DNA from: a virus
Lineage: Duplodnaviria > Caudoviricetes
Strand: one strand, 5' to 3'
Virus record (IMG/VR): IMGVR_UViG_3300006922_000034
Coordinates: 1 to 52,491 of that record
DNA length: 52,491 nucleotides
Shown: in pieces, positions 1 to 9,708 of the stretch
How positions within the stretch are numbered: the stretch's first letter is position 1
Layout: every line of letters begins with the position of its first letter
Notes under the pieces: model-generated
What the model was told of the DNA's origin: nothing
Seen by the model: the letters and a program-made list of their open reading frames with translations, nothing else
The model's database searches: none
Translations under genes and position numbers: made by a program

Positions 1-61
1 CGTTCCTTCGGTTCTATTACCTACTTCCGTCGTCGCTCTACATTTAGAGTGGCGATGAACG
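1..61 (-). ncRNA. Glutamine-I (glnA motif) riboswitch aptamer, second copy of a tandem pair
   Basis: Minus strand reads CGUUC-A-[P2 UCG..CUCUA/UAGAG..CGA]-C-GGAAGUA-[P3 GGU/ACC]-GAAGGAACG. P1 is CGUUC/GAACG and the E-loop strands are AGUA/GAA, matching the glnA three-stem architecture as I recall it. Confidence 0.8.
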
Positions 62-68
62 AATGTGG

Positions 69-126
69 CGTTCCTTCGTCAGAATTGACTACTTCCGTCC
101 ACTGCTACATTTAGAGTGAATGAACG
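69..126 (-). ncRNA. Glutamine-I (glnA motif) riboswitch aptamer, first copy of a tandem pair
   Basis: Minus strand reads CGUUC-A-[P2 UUCACU/AGUGGA]-C-GGAAGUA-[P3 GUCA/UGAC]-GAAGGAACG. Conserved boxes are identical to the other copy while the stems differ in sequence and still pair. Confidence 0.8.
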
Positions 127-147
127 ATGTAATTTGCATTACAATAT

Positions 148-156
148 TATTTATCA
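148..156 (-). promoter_or_regulatory. Putative late promoter TGATAAATA driving the riboswitch-containing leader
   Basis: The same 9-mer lies upstream of several structural genes. It is followed by a TGTAAT-GCAA-ATTACA hairpin (128-143). Confidence 0.6.
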
Positions 157-177
157 ATGTATTATGAAATACCAGTC

Positions 178-206
178 AAAAAAAAGGACTCCTGAGAGTC
201 CTTTTT
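178..206 (-). terminator. Rho-independent terminator of the capsid operon (possibly bidirectional)
   Basis: GGACTC-4nt-GAGTCC stem flanked by A8 and T5 tracts, about 40 nt after the capsid stop codon. Confidence 0.85.
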
Positions 207-247
207 AATGTTTCGGTTAGAAACTGTTCTAATAAGTCTTTTAAGGC

Positions 248-1393
248 TTACTGGAATGCAACGTTGGACAATGTAATTGCATCAACGTAATCTGCCGCGT
301 TACCCAATGAACTTGCTGTGTTAGTAAGTTCTTTGTAACCATATCTTGTCATAAATGACACTACTGGTTCAAATGTGCTTGGGTCCATTACTGGGCCTGT
401 GCTCATTAATGGGATATAAGGACAATAGAATGCTGGAGCATCAGTTTCGCTTGATCCTTTGTAACCAACTAGTACTTTAGTACCGTCAGCCGCATAGTTA
501 TCTACGAATACTTTGATTGTTCCGTTTAAAGTTCCAACAAACTTAGTGTTTGTAGGTGCTTCAAATGAACCTTCTGTTGTTCTTGCGAATGTTGAAGTTG
601 ACGCACTTTGTAGGATTGTCAATGCTTCAGGTGATACAACGATATAGTTACCAGCACCACGTCTTGTTCTAGCCGCGATTCTGTTAGCCGCTCTGTTGAT
701 CTCAATAGCCAATATAGCATGTCTGTCACCAACGTATGTAGGTGTTCCAGTTACTGTATTTGCTGTAAAGTCAAGTGTTGTACCTGCGCCAGCAAGAGTT
801 CTTAGTGAACCGATAATTTCTTGGTCGATTTCAACTACGATTTCTTGTGCTAATGCCTGCATAATTTCTGCTTCAACGTCAACGCCGTGCATAGATTCTG
901 CATCTTGAGCCGCCTCAAAAGTCCATCTTGCTGATAACCTTCTGGTTTTCGCTTCAACAGTTTCTTTTAAGATTTGAATGCTCATTTTTCTACCTGGGTT
1001 ACCCTCAGCCGCCGCTGTAGCGTCTGGAGATCCAGCATATGTAGAAGCAAGTTTGAAAGGACTTAAAGCCTCATCACCTGCTGTTGCTCCACCACCAGTT
1101 TCAGAATATCTGACTCTTAGTGTATGGATTTGCCCTACTGGGCCAGTCATTGGTTGTACACCAACTAGTTCGTTTGCGATTACGGAAGGCATAACCCTTC
1201 TAATCAAAGGTAACATAACCTTGTTTAATGTTGCTACTGAACCAGCACCTGTGGCACCTGCTGTTGCGGCCTCTGACAAATGTCTCTTTGTATTTTCGAG
1301 GACGACATCTAAAGAAGATTTTCTGTTTCCAGATAAGCCTTCAAGCAAAGCATCTTTAGTTGCTGACCAGTTGCTTTCAAATAAGTTCGCCAT
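248..1393 (-). CDS. gp23: Major capsid protein, T4 gp23-like (compact, 381 aa)
   Basis: Motifs LIRRVMP..IA.ELVGVQPMTGPVGQI, VEAKTRRLSARWTFEAAQD, EIDQEII, FYCPYIPL, F.P...FMTRYG. Confidence 0.95.
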   Translation of the reverse strand: MANLFESNWSATKDALLEGLSGNRKSSLDVVLENTKRHLSEAATAGATGAGSVATLNKVMLPLIRRVMPSVIANELVGVQPMTGPVGQIHTLRVRYSETGGGATAGDEALSPFKLASTYAGSPDATAAAEGNPGRKMSIQILKETVEAKTRRLSARWTFEAAQDAESMHGVDVEAEIMQALAQEIVVEIDQEIIGSLRTLAGAGTTLDFTANTVTGTPTYVGDRHAILAIEINRAANRIAARTRRGAGNYIVVSPEALTILQSASTSTFARTTEGSFEAPTNTKFVGTLNGTIKVFVDNYAADGTKVLVGYKGSSETDAPAFYCPYIPLMSTGPVMDPSTFEPVVSFMTRYGYKELTNTASSLGNAADYVDAITLSNVAFQ

Positions 1394-1408
1394 TTTTTAA
1401 CTCCTAAT

Positions 1409-2521
1409 TTATTTTGAAAGTCCGGCTAGTTTACGGATCATATCTATTTCTACTACATCATCCGCACTCTTGTCATCGGCTTCTGTAATAACAGTCGCCT
1501 TATCGCCAGTGTGTTCACTGACAACGGATTCTGACAATGTCTTCTTTGCTCTTGGTGTTTCACCATCTAAAACTGAAGGCAAGTACTTGTTAAAGGACTC
1601 TTCCAGTTTCTCAGTTTTAACACTTTCAAGTAAGTCTGACATAATTTCTTTCTTCTCTTTACCTAATGGTGCCATAAGTTCATTTAATGTTTCTTTACGA
1701 TTCATTTGATCTTGTGCAATCCTTAATTTAGACTCTACAAGTTTAGTTGCTTCGTCTTTCTCAGCAATTTCTTGCTTAGATTCATTAAGTCTTGATTCCA
1801 TTTCAGTAATTTGTTTTTGTATTTTCTTGATTTCTTTTGCTTCATTCAAGTGGCTCATGCCAAATTCATTTGCAAATGCTTCAAAAATTCTGCGACCGAA
1901 GTCATTTTCACGAGCTTTAGTAATATCATCACGGAAAGATTTAACTTCATTAACAATTACACCATTAACAACGTTTTCAACTTTGTCTGCGGCTTTCTTA
2001 ATAAAGTCTTTCTTGGCTTCTGCTAATTGCTTCTTGCCTTCTCTTACCATTTTAACTTTTTGTTCTACTAAAGATTTTTTATCTTCGTGGAACTCAGATA
2101 GTTCAGTTGCTAATTGCTCTGCTACAAAATTATCTAATTTTGCAACATGCTCACTAGTTCTATCTCTATCTGCTCTAAGTTCTTTAACTTCCTTTGCAAC
2201 CATTTCAGTTACAAATTTATCAAGTACTTTAGAGTGCTCACTAATTGCTTTGTGATACTTTACTCGATCACTTGCTAGGGCAGTTTTTTCTTCTGCAATA
2301 GCGGAAATTTCTGCTTCAACTTTTTCAGAAATAAAGTTGTCAACTGCTTCTACGATTTGACTTTTGTCATGATCGTATCGCTGTGCAAACTCTTCTCTAA
2401 GTTCCGCAGTAAGTTCTTCTCTTGCTTCAGAAATTTTACCTTCCCAGGCTTCTTGAAGAGCAGACTTAACATCTTCTGTTAATTCCGCGTTCTCAAGTAG
2501 TTCTGTAAAATTCACTGTCAT
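1409..2521 (-). CDS. gp22: Prohead core scaffold protein, gp22-like
   Basis: E/K-rich coiled-coil protein located between the protease and capsid genes. Confidence 0.8.
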   Translation of the reverse strand: MTVNFTELLENAELTEDVKSALQEAWEGKISEAREELTAELREEFAQRYDHDKSQIVEAVDNFISEKVEAEISAIAEEKTALASDRVKYHKAISEHSKVLDKFVTEMVAKEVKELRADRDRTSEHVAKLDNFVAEQLATELSEFHEDKKSLVEQKVKMVREGKKQLAEAKKDFIKKAADKVENVVNGVIVNEVKSFRDDITKARENDFGRRIFEAFANEFGMSHLNEAKEIKKIQKQITEMESRLNESKQEIAEKDEATKLVESKLRIAQDQMNRKETLNELMAPLGKEKKEIMSDLLESVKTEKLEESFNKYLPSVLDGETPRAKKTLSESVVSEHTGDKATVITEADDKSADDVVEIDMIRKLAGLSK

Positions 2522-2534
2522 AGTAGTCTCCTAC

Positions 2535-3158
2535 TTATATTTTTAATTCGTTGATGAAACCAGTGATTGCTTTCATCAAGTGTTTCTCTGCACTTTTATC
2601 ATGTGTTAATGCAGAAGCAGTCTCAAACATTTGAGCGCCGCCTCGCATATTAAATAAACTCTCATATATAGTTTTTGGATAGGCATCAGGTGCACTTGGT
2701 TGTGCCACAATGTCCACTGTTACAATATCAAAGTCGCTGACCTGTCCACTTCCGCCGACATTTCCGCTACCTCTACTGCTTACACCAAGATTTGCTCCTG
2801 CAGTTAATAATGCTCTTGCTATATTACCCATCGGTGTATCTATAATTTTAAGTTTTCCAAGACCGTTTGCATCTTCACAATACATGTCAGTAATTATATG
2901 ACTAACACGGTCTAAATTTATTTGTAATTCTTCAGGGTGATCTAACTCACCCATCACAGTCTCGCCTTTTGACAAACGAGTCTTTACACTATCAACAGCC
3001 TTTTGTATCTCATCCTTGGGATATACTCTACCATTTTGGTTTTTTACATCACCTTGAATGAATAAACCAGCCATAAATAAGTCTTTACCATCTTTGGATT
3101 CCATTACCTGGACTCCAGATTGCTCAGGACTTAAATATTCGTATAGTTTATTGGCCAT
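2535..3158 (-). CDS. gp21: Prohead maturation protease, gp21-like
   Basis: Motifs KNQNGRVYP, GELDHP, RVSH, LGVSSRGSG, D.VAQPSAPDAY. Confidence 0.93.
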   Translation of the reverse strand: MANKLYEYLSPEQSGVQVMESKDGKDLFMAGLFIQGDVKNQNGRVYPKDEIQKAVDSVKTRLSKGETVMGELDHPEELQINLDRVSHIITDMYCEDANGLGKLKIIDTPMGNIARALLTAGANLGVSSRGSGNVGGSGQVSDFDIVTVDIVAQPSAPDAYPKTIYESLFNMRGGAQMFETASALTHDKSAEKHLMKAITGFINELKI

Positions 3159-3183
3159 TGTTTACTCCTATCAGTAAAAAGAC

Positions 3184-3975
3184 TTACGCCTTTTTAGGTT
3201 CAACGTTAATGTTGTCTGATGGTGTGTGATCTTTAGCAGATTCGCCTTTTACGCCATCGCTACCGTCATTTATAACTGGTGCTTTAACGTCGTTACCAAC
3301 TTTAGTAGGTGCTGGCATTTTCATACCATCTTTAGAATCTTCGTCTCCGCCTTTTGGATCTGCAACTTTATCTGAAAGTTTAGTTGCTTCTTCAACAACT
3401 TCTTCAGAATCAGCAATTTCTTCGTCTAGATCATATTCAACTGATTCTAGATCAAGTTCGTCGCCCATTTCGTCTGCGTCCATTTCTGCTTCTTCGCCGT
3501 CTTCCATGTCGCCTTCTTCGTCTGCTAACAATTTTTCGAATTCTGCTTTTAATTCTTCAAGTTCGTCCTCAAGATCGTCGACTTTATCTTCTAAGTCGCC
3601 TTCTTCTTTTGGCTCGTCTTCTTCTTCGTCTGCTTCAAAAGTATCTGCTTCGATTTCTTCTTCATCAGCTCTAATTTCATCTTCTAAAGATGCAGTTTGA
3701 TCGATTTCTTCTTCTACTGCTTCTTCTTCAGTTTCAGCAGTTTCTTCTACTGCTTCTTCTTCTGATTCTTCTGATTCCTCAACTGCTTCTTCTTCTGACT
3801 CAGTTGCTTCTTCAACTTCTTCTGCATCTGCTGATGAATCTTCATCTAAAATGTTTTCATATTCAGCTCTTGCTTTTGCAACAACATACTCATGAAGCAT
3901 TTCTTCTGCTTTTTCATTCTCTTCAGCAAGGAGAAGTTCAAGAATTTCTTCTAATTTGTTTCTTGATTCTGACAT
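3184..3975 (-). CDS. Highly acidic prohead core/internal protein (gp67-like position)
   Basis: Extremely D/E-rich and lies between portal and protease. Start placed at ATG 3975, which follows a GGAG RBS. Confidence 0.6.
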   Translation of the reverse strand: MSESRNKLEEILELLLAEENEKAEEMLHEYVVAKARAEYENILDEDSSADAEEVEEATESEEEAVEESEESEEEAVEETAETEEEAVEEEIDQTASLEDEIRADEEEIEADTFEADEEEDEPKEEGDLEDKVDDLEDELEELKAEFEKLLADEEGDMEDGEEAEMDADEMGDELDLESVEYDLDEEIADSEEVVEEATKLSDKVADPKGGDEDSKDGMKMPAPTKVGNDVKAPVINDGSDGVKGESAKDHTPSDNINVEPKKA

Positions 3976-4165
3976 TGTGGTCTCCATTTGAAAATTATTT
4001 TACAGGTCACAGATATAGTCATCCGTGATACTGCTTGTTTAGTACTTAGTGGTATGTTGTGTTTTTATGTTAAAAACGGTGTGAATCTGATCATTTTGAT
4101 CAAAATTGATGTATTTTACTATTATATTTATTTAATCCTTAAAAAGGATAAACTAGTATAAAACT

Positions 4166-4363
4166 TTAAATACCTGCCTGTGTAGGGTTAGCATACATTA
4201 CTTTTTGGAACTTTGCATGTTCCAAATCTTCTGCACGTTTAATTTCTTTTGCTTTTCTTAATTTACCTAATGCTTCTAATGTAAGTTTAGGAGACCTAGA
4301 ATCCTCTTCGTTTCTTTTAACGAATTCGTCAAATTCAGGATTGTAAAATTCTACTAGTCTCAT
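4166..4363 (-). CDS. Small hypothetical head-module protein
   Basis: 65-aa ORF translationally coupled to the portal stop (TAATG overlap). Confidence 0.65.
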   Translation of the reverse strand: MRLVEFYNPEFDEFVKRNEEDSRSPKLTLEALGKLRKAKEIKRAEDLEHAKFQKVMYANPTQAGI

Positions 4364-6087
4364 TATATCTCCGTAGTACCAGGTGGAACTTCTGCTCCAG
4401 TACCAGGTACATCAGTATTTATGCCTAAGTCACCTTCTGGAGCATCTTCTATTCCAGGAACTGCCGCAGGGTCTAACTCAGTATCTAAATTTACCGCCGC
4501 ATCTGAATCAGGTCTTACTCCGATATTTCTTAAATCCATATTCTTAGAATCGTCAACAAATTTTCTATAGTCGTTCTCTTTACGCCATAGTGCTTCATTA
4601 TCTTTCATTTCATCTTCTGATAAACCGAGATATTTCTTCATTTTAAATTGATTTGCTAAGTGTGGACTAGCGGCCAATGTGTTATACAAATTCGCTCTTT
4701 CTGTATCTAATTGTAAATCTCTATAAGAACTAAAGTTCATTGGTTTATTAAATGTAATAAAGAACTCTGAGGAATCTATCTCAATACCTCTGTGTTTTAA
4801 AAACATTTTAAACTCTGTATCCATATCTTCTTGTATTTGCTTTTGCAGTCTTTCAACATATCTAGCAAATCTATATTCTTGAATATATGCAATACCAACT
4901 TTACCGTCATTATAAACACTACTTCCGTCTTCTGGTCCAGTTGGTAAGTAAGAACTTGGAACTCTTAGTCCTCTTAATAGTTTATTATTAAAGTATCTTA
5001 AATCGTCTATTTGTCCTAGGTTTTCACCGCCTGGTAAAGTATCAACTTTAGAACCTCTACCGTCTGCCGTTTGTGCAAAGAAGTAGTCTTCTAACATACT
5101 CATAGGGTTATAGGCCGAATCTGCAACACTAGTGCCGTCTGACTTCTTATTAGGCACACGTTTTTGTTGTACTTCATATTTGACTTGTTCTAAATACTGT
5201 CTTGCTTTGTGAGGTGGCATATTACCAACATCAATCATAAACACACGTCTTTCAGGTGCTCTATGTACCCTATATATAATAATAGAGTCTTCTAATAATT
5301 CTTTTTGTTTAAATACTTTAAATATAGGCTCTAGAATACTAATTCCAAAAGGCCAACTATGGTCCATGCCCTCTGTTAAACTTACATGTACAACATGTTC
5401 TGCATCTACAGGAACACCTTGATCAACACCATCTATTGCTCCAGTCATATAATTACCTGCTTGACTGTTTACAGAGCTCATTGCCGCATTTAATCCTTGT
5501 CCGCCTCCATAAGGTCTACTATGTAGAGCCGCTGGATTAGTTGCTATAAGTTCTTCAAAGTTAGGTGCTAATTGTTTAACAAAATATGTTTCAATTTTTT
5601 TACCATCAGATTCGTTTACTACAACTTTCTCTATATTTGCAGGATCTGTCCAGTATAATTTAAATGTTTCAGGGTCTCTAATAAAGAATTGATCACCGTA
5701 TTTTATAGTACTACGGAATATTCTAAATGCTCTTTTATGTAATTCGTTGAGTCTACACCATTGAGTTAATGTTTTACTTAATATCTTTTGTTCTGTATCA
5801 GTTGGATCAGTTGTATAGTTTAATTCAAATGGTAATCCACCATAATCATCTTCCTGTGTACCAAATTCTGCAATAGTATCAAGAGCGGCATTAATCTCTA
5901 AATCGTTATCCATTTGATCGTACTGGATATATCGCATAAGTCTATTAGGACTTCCTGCATATACTTCAGGTAGCCAACTGGCATATCTGCTGGTTGCGGC
6001 ACCGACACCACGTTCAGAATTGTTGCTTTGAACATTAAGTGGTAGTCCACTGTTATCAACAGATGTAAAGTATTTTTTCCAACTCAT
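4363..6087 (-). CDS. gp20: Portal vertex protein, gp20-like
   Basis: Motifs LLEDSIIIYRVHRAPERRVFMIDVGNMP, MLEDYFFA, TLPGGENLGQIDDLRYF..KL.RGLRVP. Confidence 0.95.
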   Translation of the reverse strand: MSWKKYFTSVDNSGLPLNVQSNNSERGVGAATSRYASWLPEVYAGSPNRLMRYIQYDQMDNDLEINAALDTIAEFGTQEDDYGGLPFELNYTTDPTDTEQKILSKTLTQWCRLNELHKRAFRIFRSTIKYGDQFFIRDPETFKLYWTDPANIEKVVVNESDGKKIETYFVKQLAPNFEELIATNPAALHSRPYGGGQGLNAAMSSVNSQAGNYMTGAIDGVDQGVPVDAEHVVHVSLTEGMDHSWPFGISILEPIFKVFKQKELLEDSIIIYRVHRAPERRVFMIDVGNMPPHKARQYLEQVKYEVQQKRVPNKKSDGTSVADSAYNPMSMLEDYFFAQTADGRGSKVDTLPGGENLGQIDDLRYFNNKLLRGLRVPSSYLPTGPEDGSSVYNDGKVGIAYIQEYRFARYVERLQKQIQEDMDTEFKMFLKHRGIEIDSSEFFITFNKPMNFSSYRDLQLDTERANLYNTLAASPHLANQFKMKKYLGLSEDEMKDNEALWRKENDYRKFVDDSKNMDLRNIGVRPDSDAAVNLDTELDPAAVPGIEDAPEGDLGINTDVPGTGAEVPPGTTEI

Positions 6088-6107
6088 TTATTAATTTCCT
6101 TAATAGT

Positions 6108-6136
6108 ATATTACACTATTTATCAGGAGTTGTCAA
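6108..6136 (-). promoter_or_regulatory. Late promoter TGATAAATA (6117-6125) nested in a sigma70-like TTGACA-17-TAATAT promoter upstream of portal
   Basis: Both motifs are read directly on the minus strand. Confidence 0.55.
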
Positions 6137-6156
6137 CTATTTTGTGGGATATTGAA

Positions 6157-8730
6157 TTAGACAACTGTCTTAGTCTTAAGACCTGAAGTAATTATTTCTG
6201 TTATTTGTCTATTAAGTCTTTTATTTTCTGCTAAGATAAGAGTTAATGCTTTAGTTTCTGTAGATTCTTGGTCTAGTTTATTGATTTCAGATACACTTAG
6301 TGGACCACTACCACTACCATTAGGATTGGTCATTTGTTCTAAGTATCGTACATTTAAAGTACTTGTTGTTGGACCTGCTAAATTAGGTGATGTAATATTG
6401 GAAACCCTTTGTGAGTTCTTGGTTTTTTCTTTTTCGTCCCTATTTCTTCCTATTGAACCACCAATTAAATTACCAATTCCAGCACCTATAGACGCACCAA
6501 TGACCGTGCCTAATCCAGGAATTACTGAGCCTATGATACCACCTATTAATGCTCCTGTACCGCCTCCAGCAAGTCCGCCAATGTTCTCGCCGGTTGCTCC
6601 ACCATCTGAACCAGAAACTATATCATATCCATCTTTTAAAACGTAGGCTCCTGCAAGATATGGTGTAGCACGAGATGCCATACCACCCATTCTTTTAAGG
6701 AATCCTTTTCCTTTTCCGCCACCAGGCATTGGACCAACAAATCCTCCTCCGGCACTCATGGCCGCCGCCGCAACAAATGCCTGACCTGCGGCAAAGGCCG
6801 CCGCCTGAAAGAATCCTGTTATTGCGGCTGTCACACCTACAAAAAGTAAAAGAATACCCGCTATTGGTAATAACGTACCCCAAGGAAGATTGGTCAATGC
6901 AATCTTCATACCTTCCATGAATAAGCCTATGAATTCTCCTATAAACGTGCTTATTGCTCCACCTATATCTAATTCTCCATCTTTACTTAAAGCACTGATT
7001 ATTCTTTGAACTTTTTCTATAATGTAGGTAGTAAGTTTAACTAAGCCTTCAACTATATTAGTAATAAGTTTACCATAATCTCCGTCTGGGGCAAGTTCTT
7101 TAAGTGTATTTGCTAATGCGGCTCCTATATCTTTTCCTGCCTTACCCAAGGCACTATTAAGAACACTAACTCCGCCTTCTTTGCCAACAAATACATCGAA
7201 TAAAGCATCAAAACTACTTCCCATTTCTTTTGACATTTCTACAGGAATCGAATTTAATAATCCACTATAACCACCACGAACACTTTTTATAATATTATCA
7301 AATCCAGTTGTTATTTTTTGTACTTCTGAAATTTGCATTCCTGTACTACTTGCAAGTTTTTGCAATCTTTCTCTGGCCACACTTGCTTCTTGTTGCATTG
7401 TAATAATTATACTTGCAGTTTCCTGCATAGGGTGGCCTTGCAATCCTGCTATAACACTTAGTTGTTCTAACTGATCCTTATTGAGGTCAGCGGCATCAAC
7501 TAAATCTTGTATTGCATTTGGAACATCTTCTACGCCTAAACTACCTGATCTTAAATCACTTGCTAAATTTTGGAATGCACTATTTAAATTACCACCTAAA
7601 GGTATTAGCATGTTAGCAAAATCACTAATTGCACTAACACCTGTACCAGAAACAGTTAGTAATGCATCACCTAATGCTTCACCACTCTCAGGGAACACCG
7701 CAACAAGTCCTGCAACTAAATCTTTTGCTACTGTATTTAATGTTGTAGCATTAGGAGTATTTAAGGAATTCGTAAAACCTATAAAGGACTTATTAGATTC
7801 CATCACACTTGCCGCTGTTTGCCTTAATGCATCTGTACTTTGTCCAAGTATGGCAGAGAATCCCCTTAAATTTTGTATACTTTGTTGAGTAAGTTGAGCT
7901 GTAATGCTTGTATCTATTTTGTCTTTGTTTAATGTACGAGCTCTAAATTCTTGATCTTGTAAGAATAGTTCAGTTGCTTCTTCTAATGTTACACCTAAAT
8001 CGGTACCACCTCGTGTAAGTTCTAAAAAACTTCTGCTTAGATTTGCAAGGTTTGTTTGTCCCAACGTACTCATTGCTCTTGAATATGTTTCCAGTGATGC
8101 AACTGCTTGTTCTGTTGTTAGACCCATTCTATTTAATAATATAATATTTTGTTCTGTAGCATTATTTCCTGTACCTAATTGGTCTCCAAATGCCTGACCG
8201 GTATCAGTAAGTGTTCTTAAACTATTACCTAGATTAGAAAATGCACTTCCCACTATACCAACTGATGTACCAAATACTACTGCAATTCCTTTAATTGCAC
8301 TAACAATTAAATCTCCAGCAAATCGTCCGCCCTTTGTGGCCCCTTTAGCAAATGCTTGGCCAATCTCCTCTTCGTACTTTTCTCTATCTGCCTTTTGTTG
8401 GTTTAAAGATTTGATTAATTCATCTTGTCTTTGTTTTGCGAGCCTTTCCGCCTCAGACATCGTTTTGTTTAAATCTTCTGCATTTTTTTCATTGGTCTCA
8501 TTACCTTTCTTTTGAGTGTCCAGTGATTCTTTATACAGTTTGGCTAATTCTTTTAAACCTTTTTTATTTTCAGTATCAGATTCAGATATTGCTGTTACAA
8601 GACCCTCCATAACATCTCTAACTGTTTTATCTAACACATAGGGAGGCAAATTGGCAGAATACGAACCCCCTGCCCCATCAAGAGAATTAATCGATGCTGT
8701 AAAGTTCTGTCCTGATGTTTTGTCTGCCAT
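6157..8730 (-). CDS. Tape-measure-like tail protein
   Basis: 857 aa, helical and A/G/L-rich, with a hydrophobic segment and a glycine zipper (GALIGGIIGSVIPGLGTVIGASIGAGIG). It is divergent from the chaperone-like pair. Confidence 0.65.
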   Translation of the reverse strand: MADKTSGQNFTASINSLDGAGGSYSANLPPYVLDKTVRDVMEGLVTAISESDTENKKGLKELAKLYKESLDTQKKGNETNEKNAEDLNKTMSEAERLAKQRQDELIKSLNQQKADREKYEEEIGQAFAKGATKGGRFAGDLIVSAIKGIAVVFGTSVGIVGSAFSNLGNSLRTLTDTGQAFGDQLGTGNNATEQNIILLNRMGLTTEQAVASLETYSRAMSTLGQTNLANLSRSFLELTRGGTDLGVTLEEATELFLQDQEFRARTLNKDKIDTSITAQLTQQSIQNLRGFSAILGQSTDALRQTAASVMESNKSFIGFTNSLNTPNATTLNTVAKDLVAGLVAVFPESGEALGDALLTVSGTGVSAISDFANMLIPLGGNLNSAFQNLASDLRSGSLGVEDVPNAIQDLVDAADLNKDQLEQLSVIAGLQGHPMQETASIIITMQQEASVARERLQKLASSTGMQISEVQKITTGFDNIIKSVRGGYSGLLNSIPVEMSKEMGSSFDALFDVFVGKEGGVSVLNSALGKAGKDIGAALANTLKELAPDGDYGKLITNIVEGLVKLTTYIIEKVQRIISALSKDGELDIGGAISTFIGEFIGLFMEGMKIALTNLPWGTLLPIAGILLLFVGVTAAITGFFQAAAFAAGQAFVAAAAMSAGGGFVGPMPGGGKGKGFLKRMGGMASRATPYLAGAYVLKDGYDIVSGSDGGATGENIGGLAGGGTGALIGGIIGSVIPGLGTVIGASIGAGIGNLIGGSIGRNRDEKEKTKNSQRVSNITSPNLAGPTTSTLNVRYLEQMTNPNGSGSGPLSVSEINKLDQESTETKALTLILAENKRLNRQITEIITSGLKTKTVV

Positions 8731-8765
8731 AAATTACCAACTTATATTATATGCGTATTTAACTG

Positions 8766-8774
8766 TGATAAATA
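8766..8774 (+). promoter_or_regulatory. Late promoter TGATAAATA for the gp26-like operon
   Basis: Exact 9-mer about 60 nt upstream of the AGGAG RBS and ATG at 8833. Confidence 0.65.
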
Positions 8775-8799
8775 CTTGTAGTACAATACTACTCTAGTA

Positions 8800-8808
8800 T
8801 ATTTATCA
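8800..8808 (-). promoter_or_regulatory. Late promoter TGATAAATA for the tape-measure gene
   Basis: Exact 9-mer on the minus strand 70 nt upstream of ATG 8730. Confidence 0.65.
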
Positions 8809-8832
8809 GAGTAATTAACAGGAGTTTTAACT

Positions 8833-9708
8833 ATGGCAAAACAAACAAGTAATCCGTTAGCAGGACACTTTAGAACGCCAAAATTATATACAGGATTACC
8901 AAGTGGGGGAGATTATTATTCAAATGATGTTTTAGATACATCTATTGAAGAACATGCAGTCCTTCCAATGACGGCAAAAGACGAATTGATTATGAAAAAT
9001 CCAGACGCACTTTTAAACGGTGATGCTGTGATACAAGTAATAGAAAGTTGTGTACCAAGCATTAAAAATGCAATGGCACTTTTTAGCAACGATGTAGATG
9101 CTTTATTGGTTGCAATACAAGGCGCAACCTTTGGAGATGATATTGAGGTACAAGCAGTATGTGATAAATGTGAAGAACAAATTACAAGTGTATTGAGTGT
9201 TGAAGGTGTTTTAACCACAATGACTAATTTAAAAGAATCTTATCAGTTCACAACTGCATCAGGATTATTAATTAGTGTACAACCTTTTAGTTATAAATCT
9301 GCTGTAAAGGCAGGTATTGCTAATTTTAGAACTACTAGAAGTTTACAATCAATTGCAGATATCCCAGACGAAGTAGATAGAATTCGTGCTTTTAACGAAA
9401 ACTTTGTAGAATTAGCAAGTTTAAACTTTGAGCTTATGGTTGATAGTGTTAAAGATGTAACTATTAAAGAAGGCGAAGATACTATTGTTGTTTCAGATAA
9501 AAAACAAATTAAAGAATTTTTAGAAAACTGTGATAGAGCAGTTGGAAGTGAAATACAAACATTTATAGAAGAAATTTCTAATGTTGGTATTAATAAAAAA
9601 ATGGAAGTAGGATGTGAGAAAGAAGAATGTGGAGGCTCACCAGAAGAACCATACATATTTGAATCTGAGGTGAACTTTAATCCTGTAAATTTTTTCACCG
9701 CTTCCTAG
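8833..9708 (+). CDS. gp26: Baseplate hub/tail assembly chaperone, gp26-like
   Basis: LPSGG, PMTAKDEL, D.DALLVAI...TFG, two Cys pairs (CDKC, CEKEEC) and a C-terminal NFF, as in gp26-family proteins. Confidence 0.75.
   Translation: MAKQTSNPLAGHFRTPKLYTGLPSGGDYYSNDVLDTSIEEHAVLPMTAKDELIMKNPDALLNGDAVIQVIESCVPSIKNAMALFSNDVDALLVAIQGATFGDDIEVQAVCDKCEEQITSVLSVEGVLTTMTNLKESYQFTTASGLLISVQPFSYKSAVKAGIANFRTTRSLQSIADIPDEVDRIRAFNENFVELASLNFELMVDSVKDVTIKEGEDTIVVSDKKQIKEFLENCDRAVGSEIQTFIEEISNVGINKKMEVGCEKEECGGSPEEPYIFESEVNFNPVNFFTAS
9687..9696 (+). promoter_or_regulatory. Putative -1 ribosomal frameshift site (A AAT TTT / T TTT TTC)
   Basis: Two overlapping X XXY YYZ heptamers in frame with gp26. The -1 frame is open from 9681 through the downstream ORF. 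Confidence 0.7.

Noticed and set aside
1-126. CRISPR- or TIGR-like array (conserved boxes with variable inserts)
   Set aside because: The variable parts are self-complementary stems, the boxes match the glnA riboswitch, only two units are visible and no cas-like gene is nearby.
89-139. 16-aa minus-strand peptide MQITSFIHSKCSSGRK
   Set aside because: It has no RBS, its ATG is buried in a GCAA-tetraloop hairpin, and it overlaps the aptamer.
696-4028. Short antisense ORFs in the ORF track (here and throughout the window)
   Set aside because: They are shadows of codon bias opposite well-supported genes and have no RBS or motifs.
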